Positions 6,762 through 12,056 of a stretch of DNA of 12,056 nucleotides are shown piece after piece. The translations under genes were made by a program, and so were the position numbers. The stretch comes from Candidatus Bathyarchaeia archaeon (GTDB lineage Archaea; Thermoproteota; Bathyarchaeia; Bathyarchaeales; Bathycorpusculaceae): the NCBI GenBank assembly GCA_038883715.1, contig JAVZLS010000023.1:1-12056 (forward strand), written 5' to 3'. Below the pieces are notes generated by a model. That model saw only the letters and a list, made by a program, of their open reading frames with translations, was not told the origin of the DNA and did not search any database. The number at the start of each line of letters is the position of its first letter. Within the stretch, counting starts at the first letter, position 1.

Positions 6762-8318
6762 CTATTCGGCTTTCAAGTTTAGCCTACGGTACATTTGCTT
6801 ATTATTCTTATAGATATTTTGGAACTCCTTGAAGATTCTCTCGTACACAGCAGCGTTTTGCGGATTCGGCTCATAAACAGCGTCTATTTTTACCAATTTT
6901 TCAGAGTCCTCGAAGCTCTTGATATGGCCCAAGGCAATTGTGGCAATTATTGCTGCTCCTTTTGCACCTGCCTCTTTCGGGTCGCTAACCCTATTTATTT
7001 TCTTGTTTAGGGCGTCTGCGAATATTTGGCACCAGACGTCTGATATGGCGCCTCCGCCTATGATGTTTATGCTTTCAGCTTTTCCCGCAAGCTTTTCCAT
7101 ATAAAATAAAGCCCACTTTATGTTTAGGGCGACGCCTTCAAACACCGCCCGCACCATGTGTTCTCGTGTGTGCTCAAGGCTTAGGTTGTGGAAGCCGCCC
7201 CTAACCGTTGGGTCGTCCAGTGGTGCTCTTTCGCCGAAAAGCCAAGGCGTAAATATTAAGCCGTCTGCACCCGGCTTAACTTTTGCGGCCATCTCGCTGA
7301 AAAGCTTGTAAACATCTGCTTCCAGGCTTTCCTTAAACATCGTGTCTTTCAGCCAGTCTAGGCATGCTCCAGCTGTCTCTTGTTCGGCTACACAAAGATA
7401 CGTGTCTGGGTTCGCACTGCAAATGCTGCCAATATAATGGAACAGGTCCTTTTTTCTTTCAGAAAGGTGGCAGCCCAGCCAACCACTCGTTCCGACATAA
7501 GCGTGGATTTTTCCCTCCCTTACCGCACCAGAGCCCACTGCCGCTGAAGCAACGTCGCCAGCTCCGACAATAACCGGTATGCCTTCTAGCAACTCCATTC
7601 CCGCAGCTGCTTCTGGAGCAAGTTTTCCAGCTACATCGGTGGCCTTTCTTATCTCTGGAAGTTTAGCCTTATCTATTCCATACTTTTTGAGAATCGTGTC
7701 TGACCAGTTGAATCTTCCCTTTCTCGTGTCCATCATCCACCAAATGTTGGCGTAGTCCCGGCTAATTACGAAGTTTCCTGTGCACTTGTAAACGAGGTAG
7801 TCTTTGCAGTCGAGGAACTTGTAGGTTTCATTGTAAATTTTCGGCTGGGTCTCTTTAACCCATAAGATTTTGCATATGGGGTCTTTCCCAACATGCCCAT
7901 AAATTCCACCGGTTATGCTCAGAAATCTTATAAGGGTTAGAAGCCCATATCCGGCAACTTTTATCAGTCCCTTGCTCATTTTTTCGGCTTGCTCTTTAGC
8001 TCTTGTGTCAAGCCATATCATGCAAGGCATTAATGGCTCGCCGTTGCTGTCCACCGGTAATGTGCCGGACATCTGCGTAGTAAATATAATAGCTGCCACT
8101 TCTGAAGGCTTAACCTTCGCCTTATCTAAAAGCTCCCGTGTTGTCTTTGTGACGGCGTTCCACCAGTCTTGAGGGTGCTGCTCAGCACACCCCTTTTTCG
8201 GATAGTATACCGGGTATTCGGCTGATGTATGCCCAACAATTTCGCCATTTAGTCCTACGAGCACAGCCTTGTTACTTGTAGTCCCAGTGTCGTGGGCGAG
8301 AATGTATTTCCCTTTCAA
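6762..8318 (-). CDS. FGGY-family carbohydrate kinase (xylulokinase-like), 518 aa
   Basis: AHDTGTTSNKA, AEQHPQDWW, WLDTRA, KDYL, GAGD, VGTSGW, PWLFGERAP, RAVFEGVA, GGGAISDVWCQIFAD, EAGAKGAA. TTG start overlaps the upstream TGA stop (TTGA). Confidence 0.95.
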   Translation of the reverse strand: MKGKYILAHDTGTTSNKAVLVGLNGEIVGHTSAEYPVYYPKKGCAEQHPQDWWNAVTKTTRELLDKAKVKPSEVAAIIFTTQMSGTLPVDSNGEPLMPCMIWLDTRAKEQAEKMSKGLIKVAGYGLLTLIRFLSITGGIYGHVGKDPICKILWVKETQPKIYNETYKFLDCKDYLVYKCTGNFVISRDYANIWWMMDTRKGRFNWSDTILKKYGIDKAKLPEIRKATDVAGKLAPEAAAGMELLEGIPVIVGAGDVASAAVGSGAVREGKIHAYVGTSGWLGCHLSERKKDLFHYIGSICSANPDTYLCVAEQETAGACLDWLKDTMFKESLEADVYKLFSEMAAKVKPGADGLIFTPWLFGERAPLDDPTVRGGFHNLSLEHTREHMVRAVFEGVALNIKWALFYMEKLAGKAESINIIGGGAISDVWCQIFADALNKKINRVSDPKEAGAKGAAIIATIALGHIKSFEDSEKLVKIDAVYEPNPQNAAVYERIFKEFQNIYKNNKQMYRRLNLKAE

Positions 8319-9556
8319 GGTCCCTTAACCAGCGATTCCAAACTTAGCTTGTGGACTTTCCCGTCTTTATCTATGTGTTCAACGCGGATAGGTAAGCCTA
8401 CAGTTCCACCTATCCTTATCTTCTCTTTAGCAAGCATGAACAACTCAATTGGGTTTACGACGGCTTCTGGTGGAAAAACGCCCTTCAGCTTTATCCTACC
8501 CATAGCCATAAGCATAGTACCCAAGGCTGCTGGCACTCCGGTTCCCTCCCTCATGCCCATACCCCTTGAAGACATCGAAAAAACATACGTGCTCGGTTGT
8601 CCCTTCTTCCTGCCTTTTACAACTATTTTTAGGCATCCCATAGGCTCTGTTATTCCAGCCTCCTTCAACAATTTTGGTCTCTGATGCAGTGCAAAAGCCA
8701 CTGCAAAGTCTATAGGTGCAATTTTCTTTCCATTAACTTCTATAGGCTCTTCACCTGTCATTCCAAGGCGCACAATACCCTTAATGAGTTCAGCATAGGC
8801 TGGTGGCAAAACCAAGCCGAGGTTTGTGACTCGGCGAACACCTTTAATGTACCTTGGAAGGGTTATCGTTTCCGGATGGGGATAAGCGTAAACTCTGTAG
8901 GTTCCGACATCCGCAAACTCAACATCCTCCTCTAAAGCTTTGCCACTTTCCTCAAGAACCTTAACAGTTTTAAATTCTCCATCTAGAAACATTGGCACTG
9001 GTATTATCATGGAATGTATTCTATGCTTAACAACAGCTGGGCCTTCAGTTTCTTCACCGCCATGAGCATGATAAATGTCTATGGATTCAACCTCGTCTAG
9101 AAGCATGTCTGCACAGAACTTGACGAGAACATTTGCAACACCCGGGGAGCTACCCATGCCTATAAGGGCTGAAATCCCAGCCTTTTTTGCCTCAGCATCC
9201 ATTTTAAGTAAGGCTTCAGTTGCATCAACATCATCACATATGTCAACATGATTTACTCCGGCCGCTATGGACGCCTTCAAAACTATTGGAGCATACTTGT
9301 AGAATGGACCCACACAGCTTAGTACAACATCAGACCCCTTAATCGTCTTCTGAAGCTTGCTTGAATCTGTAACATCTATCTTAACCGCTGAAACTCCTTT
9401 AATGCCTATTTCTGAGGCAAGCTTCTTTGCCTTTTCAAAGGCCACATCCCCAATAACAACTTCTGAAAATATTCCGCTTGAGGCCAGAATTCTAACAGCC
9501 ATACTTCCAATAGTCCCAGCTCCACCCAAAACAGTAACCTTCACATTCCACACCAT
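8315..9556 (-). CDS. Saccharopine dehydrogenase-family NAD(P)-dependent amine oxidoreductase, about 410 aa
   Basis: VTVLGGAGTIG Rossmann motif, CVGPFYKY, VDICDD, GMGSSPG, HPETITLP, TGVPAA. Alternative start is GTG at 9544 (MKVTVLGG) with GGTG upstream. Confidence 0.88.
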   Translation of the reverse strand: MVWNVKVTVLGGAGTIGSMAVRILASSGIFSEVVIGDVAFEKAKKLASEIGIKGVSAVKIDVTDSSKLQKTIKGSDVVLSCVGPFYKYAPIVLKASIAAGVNHVDICDDVDATEALLKMDAEAKKAGISALIGMGSSPGVANVLVKFCADMLLDEVESIDIYHAHGGEETEGPAVVKHRIHSMIIPVPMFLDGEFKTVKVLEESGKALEEDVEFADVGTYRVYAYPHPETITLPRYIKGVRRVTNLGLVLPPAYAELIKGIVRLGMTGEEPIEVNGKKIAPIDFAVAFALHQRPKLLKEAGITEPMGCLKIVVKGRKKGQPSTYVFSMSSRGMGMREGTGVPAALGTMLMAMGRIKLKGVFPPEAVVNPIELFMLAKEKIRIGGTVGLPIRVEHIDKDGKVHKLSLESLVKGP

Positions 9557-9580
9557 CCTTCAAAATATGTTCGGGTACGA

Positions 9581-9590
9581 CTTTATTTAG
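9581..9590. promoter_or_regulatory. AT-rich TATA-like element in the divergent oxidoreductase/MFS intergenic region
   Basis: CTTTATTTAG reads TTTATTTA on plus and TAAATAAA on minus, centrally placed between the two divergent starts. Confidence 0.35.
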
Positions 9591-9643
9591 CATTTGTGGA
9601 ATATGAGCAGATAGCAAAACATATCAATGTGAAGGATGCAAAC

Positions 9644-10876
9644 ATGAGAAGCATGGAAAAAGCAAAGGGCCTTTCTTACCGTTGGGTTGTTCTGCTCTCA
9701 TACATGATCGTGGCTGTTGTATCGCAAATACTTTGGCTTAACTTTGCACCAATAACAAAGCCAATAATGACATCCATATTTGACGTAACCGAATCCGACG
9801 TTGGACTCTTATCAATGGTTTGGCCGTTGCTCTTCATACCAATCTCCATACCAGCTGGAATACTTATCGACAAGAAAGGCTTCAAGTTTGGAGTTTCCGT
9901 AGGCGCATCAATAATGGCGCTGTTCGCGGTCTTGCGGATATTTTCCGGAGAAAACTTCACATTACTTCTAATATTTCAGTCATGCGCCGCACTTGGCCAA
10001 CCATTCGTTTTTAACGCTATATCAAAGCTTGTAACCTTATGGTTTCCCTTTGAAGAACGCGCCTTAGCCACTGGAATCGGAATAATGGGACAATATATTG
10101 GAATGATAATTGCTTTGACGCTGACGCCTTTTCTTGTGCCAAGCGAGGAAATCATGTTGCTAACAAACATGCTAATAATTTACGCCTTCATATCTGTTGC
10201 TGGTGCCGTCCTCTTCATCGCGCTTGCCAAAGAAAAACCCAAGACCGACTTAATTGGAGGTCCCGAGGAAGTTAAGGCTTCCATTTCATCCAGCGAAGTT
10301 AAGAAATTTTTCGGAAAAAGGGACTTCATGATACTTGAAGCCTTGTTCTTTATTGGTGTTGGGCTTTTTACAGCTCTACTCACTTGGCTGGAAACCATAT
10401 TGCAAGAACGTGGACTCACAGTTACTGGAGCTGGACTTGTCGGCGGAGTAATAATTATTGGAGGAATTTTCGGATCACTGATTATTCCTGGGATCTCAGA
10501 CAAGGTTACGCAAAGGAAACCCTTCATAATAGTTGATTTGGCTGTTGCCGCCGCCGCGCTTTTCCTTTTAGCTGAAATTAGCGATTTCGCCATATTGGCT
10601 GGGGTAGGCTTTGTTCTCGGATTTTTCTTCATGTCAGCTTTGCCGATAGGCCTAGAAATGTCAGCTGAAATTGTTGGTTCGGCATTAGCCGGGAGTGCTT
10701 CAAGCTTTTTGTGGCTCTTTTCACAGGCTGGCTCTGTTGTCTTCATTATACTCATGGATGTTATTAAATCCGCCACCGGAAGTTACTACCATTCAGTTAT
10801 ATCAATCCTAATATTCGACATAATTGCACTGTTGCTCTGCTTACTGTTAAGGGAAACTGCGAAAACTAAAAGCTAA
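9644..10876 (+). CDS. MFS transporter, FLVCR/SLC49-like, about 410 aa
   Basis: About 12 hydrophobic segments. YRWVVL..SQILWLNFAPI, LSMVWP..PAGILIDKKG, GQPF..SKLVTLWFPFEERALATG, GISDKVTQRK, LPIGLEMSAE. Start ATG 9644 preferred over GTG 9596 because GAAGGA lies upstream (ATG 9653 also possible). Confidence 0.92.
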   Translation: MRSMEKAKGLSYRWVVLLSYMIVAVVSQILWLNFAPITKPIMTSIFDVTESDVGLLSMVWPLLFIPISIPAGILIDKKGFKFGVSVGASIMALFAVLRIFSGENFTLLLIFQSCAALGQPFVFNAISKLVTLWFPFEERALATGIGIMGQYIGMIIALTLTPFLVPSEEIMLLTNMLIIYAFISVAGAVLFIALAKEKPKTDLIGGPEEVKASISSSEVKKFFGKRDFMILEALFFIGVGLFTALLTWLETILQERGLTVTGAGLVGGVIIIGGIFGSLIIPGISDKVTQRKPFIIVDLAVAAAALFLLAEISDFAILAGVGFVLGFFFMSALPIGLEMSAEIVGSALAGSASSFLWLFSQAGSVVFIILMDVIKSATGSYYHSVISILIFDIIALLLCLLLRETAKTKS

Positions 10877-11562
10877 ATTCTGAAAACCTTAAACTTCTTC
10901 TTGAGTGCCTCCAAATCTATGCTTCCAACTTTGGCAAAAAGCTTCCTTTTCAAGGTTTCCCAGTTTACTGTATCTTTTCCAGCCAGCAGTGTGGCGACCA
11001 GTTGAACTTTAGCGCACTCCTCAACCATTCTAGTTAATAGTAAGGCTTCTTCAATTGTGGAGCCAACGGTTATCAAACCATGATTCTCCAAAATAACAGC
11101 ATTATAGTCTCTAACCAGTTTCTGGACGGCCTCAGCCAACTCTTTAGAGCCGGGCAACTCGAATGGCACTATTGGAACCCCGTTTGGAATATATAAGAAC
11201 ATTTCCACTTGTAATGGAATTATTTCTGTTCCAACTATCCCAAAGGCTGTTGAAAAGGGAGCATGAGTATGAACAACTCCTCCGACATCGCTCCTCACTC
11301 TGTATATGGCTATGTGTAAAGGTGTCTCTATAGAGGGGGCCAACTCTCCTTCAATTTTATTTCCATCTGAATCCACAATAATCAAATCTTCAGCCCTCAA
11401 AGAACCCATGGAAACACCGGATGGCTTTATCAAAACTCTATCTGTTCCGGGGATTCGGGCACTTATATTTCCCTCGTTTCCAATTACAAGGTCATAGTCG
11501 TACAATTGCTTACCAACATTCACCAATCTGCCTCTTAAATCACGAACAGCGTCCTCGATCAT
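10873..11562 (-). CDS. Class II aldolase/adducin family protein (FucA/AraD/MtnB fold), 229 aa
   Basis: GNEGNISAR, IKPSGV, PSIETPLHIAIYR, VVHTH and LENHG (three metal-binding His). SD AGGTG upstream of ATG 11562. Stop overlaps the convergent MFS stop by 4 nt. Confidence 0.93.
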   Translation of the reverse strand: MIEDAVRDLRGRLVNVGKQLYDYDLVIGNEGNISARIPGTDRVLIKPSGVSMGSLRAEDLIIVDSDGNKIEGELAPSIETPLHIAIYRVRSDVGGVVHTHAPFSTAFGIVGTEIIPLQVEMFLYIPNGVPIVPFELPGSKELAEAVQKLVRDYNAVILENHGLITVGSTIEEALLLTRMVEECAKVQLVATLLAGKDTVNWETLKRKLFAKVGSIDLEALKKKFKVFRI

Positions 11563-11601
11563 GCAGGCACCTTTTTGGTTTTTGTATGGATTATTGTGCT
11601 T

Positions 11602-12056
11602 TTACTCTTTTATTAGGTATCCGCCGAACCCTATTGCCCATAAAAGAATTGGATAGGCTATCATGCGCTCCATTCCGCCAACACCCAAGCCAAGGTCAAT
11701 TTTCAGTCCAAAGAGTATGAGCGCCACCAGCGAGATTACGCCCAAAACAACTGCGAAGTGGGATAATGGAGCTTTTTGGAACTTGTAGGAGGCTATTGCT
11801 GATAAGGCTCCGAAAAGAAATGCTATTAACGAGACTGCAAGGTGTATTGGGCCGAAGTCTTCTGGGAATACTCCAACACCCATGGCGCCAACTCCACATA
11901 AGATTAGAAGGCATAGAAAGACCTTATTGGCAATTGTTTTCTTCAGAAAGTAGGCGCCAGCCACAACGGTTAAGCCAAGCACAAAAACTGAAGCATTGAA
12001 AATGGGTGCGGAGACTACACCAAGTTTTCCAAGGTCGCTTATGTAATTTCCAGAGA
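11602..12056 (-). CDS. DUF998-family membrane protein, 5' end outside the window
   Basis: Frame is open from the window edge: SGNYISDLGKLGVVSAPIFNASVFVLGL..GVGVFPEDFGPIH..GGMERMIAYPILLW. The NYISDLG..IFN, GVFP..H and ER motifs are typical of DUF998. Confidence 0.8.
   Translation of the reverse strand, partial: SGNYISDLGKLGVVSAPIFNASVFVLGLTVVAGAYFLKKTIANKVFLCLLILCGVGAMGVGVFPEDFGPIHLAVSLIAFLFGALSAIASYKFQKAPLSHFAVVLGVISLVALILFGLKIDLGLGVGGMERMIAYPILLWAIGFGGYLIKE

Noticed and set aside
9676-10776. Antisense and alternate-frame ORFs within the MFS gene (up to 198 aa)
   Set aside because: Typical shadow ORFs of a hydrophobic membrane-protein gene, with no independent support.
5389-11562. Canonical methionine salvage (MtnW RLP plus MtnB dehydratase)
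   Set aside because: The RLP has EQSTGTW and IGNIS rather than the MtnW-type GLTVGSW and FGKLS. No mtnA, mtnK, mtnX or mtnD is in the window, and the kinase is FGGY rather than MtnK fold. Not fully excluded without assays.
1-12056. CRISPR arrays, tRNA/rRNA, IS elements, frameshifts or recoded stop codons
   Set aside because: Intergenic gaps are all under about 140 nt, with no repeat-spacer periodicity, cloverleaf or transposase motifs. All main ORFs read intact and end where their families normally end.

Overview
Gene-dense metabolic region, probably archaeal (GGTGA/AGGTG-type Shine-Dalgarno motifs, BRE/TATA-like elements, tungsten AOR). A Bathyarchaeia-like origin is plausible but is inference only. 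There are ten CDSs. Left block: a ThDP-dependent enzyme (<1..1748, minus, truncated at the window edge and absent from the ORF track) is divergent from aor (W-aldehyde:ferredoxin oxidoreductase), moaD-like sulfur carrier and a radical SAM/SPASM W-cofactor maturase. Right block: a minus-strand run of saccharopine-dehydrogenase-family oxidoreductase, FGGY kinase and RuBisCO-like protein (form IV), a divergent FLVCR/SLC49-like MFS transporter, a class II aldolase and a partial DUF998 membrane protein. The RLP keeps the carbamylation and P1 sites, lacks the P2 site and lacks the MtnW lysine, so it is neither a true RuBisCO nor a Bacillus-type methionine salvage enolase. I know of no characterised pathway with this gene set. 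Best hypothesis: an RLP-dependent catabolic route for an amino-polyol or amino-sugar-like substrate (import, NAD-dependent deamination, phosphorylation, RLP enolisation chemistry, aldol or ThDP C-C cleavage, aldehyde oxidation to reduced ferredoxin). No RNA genes, CRISPR arrays or mobile elements were seen.
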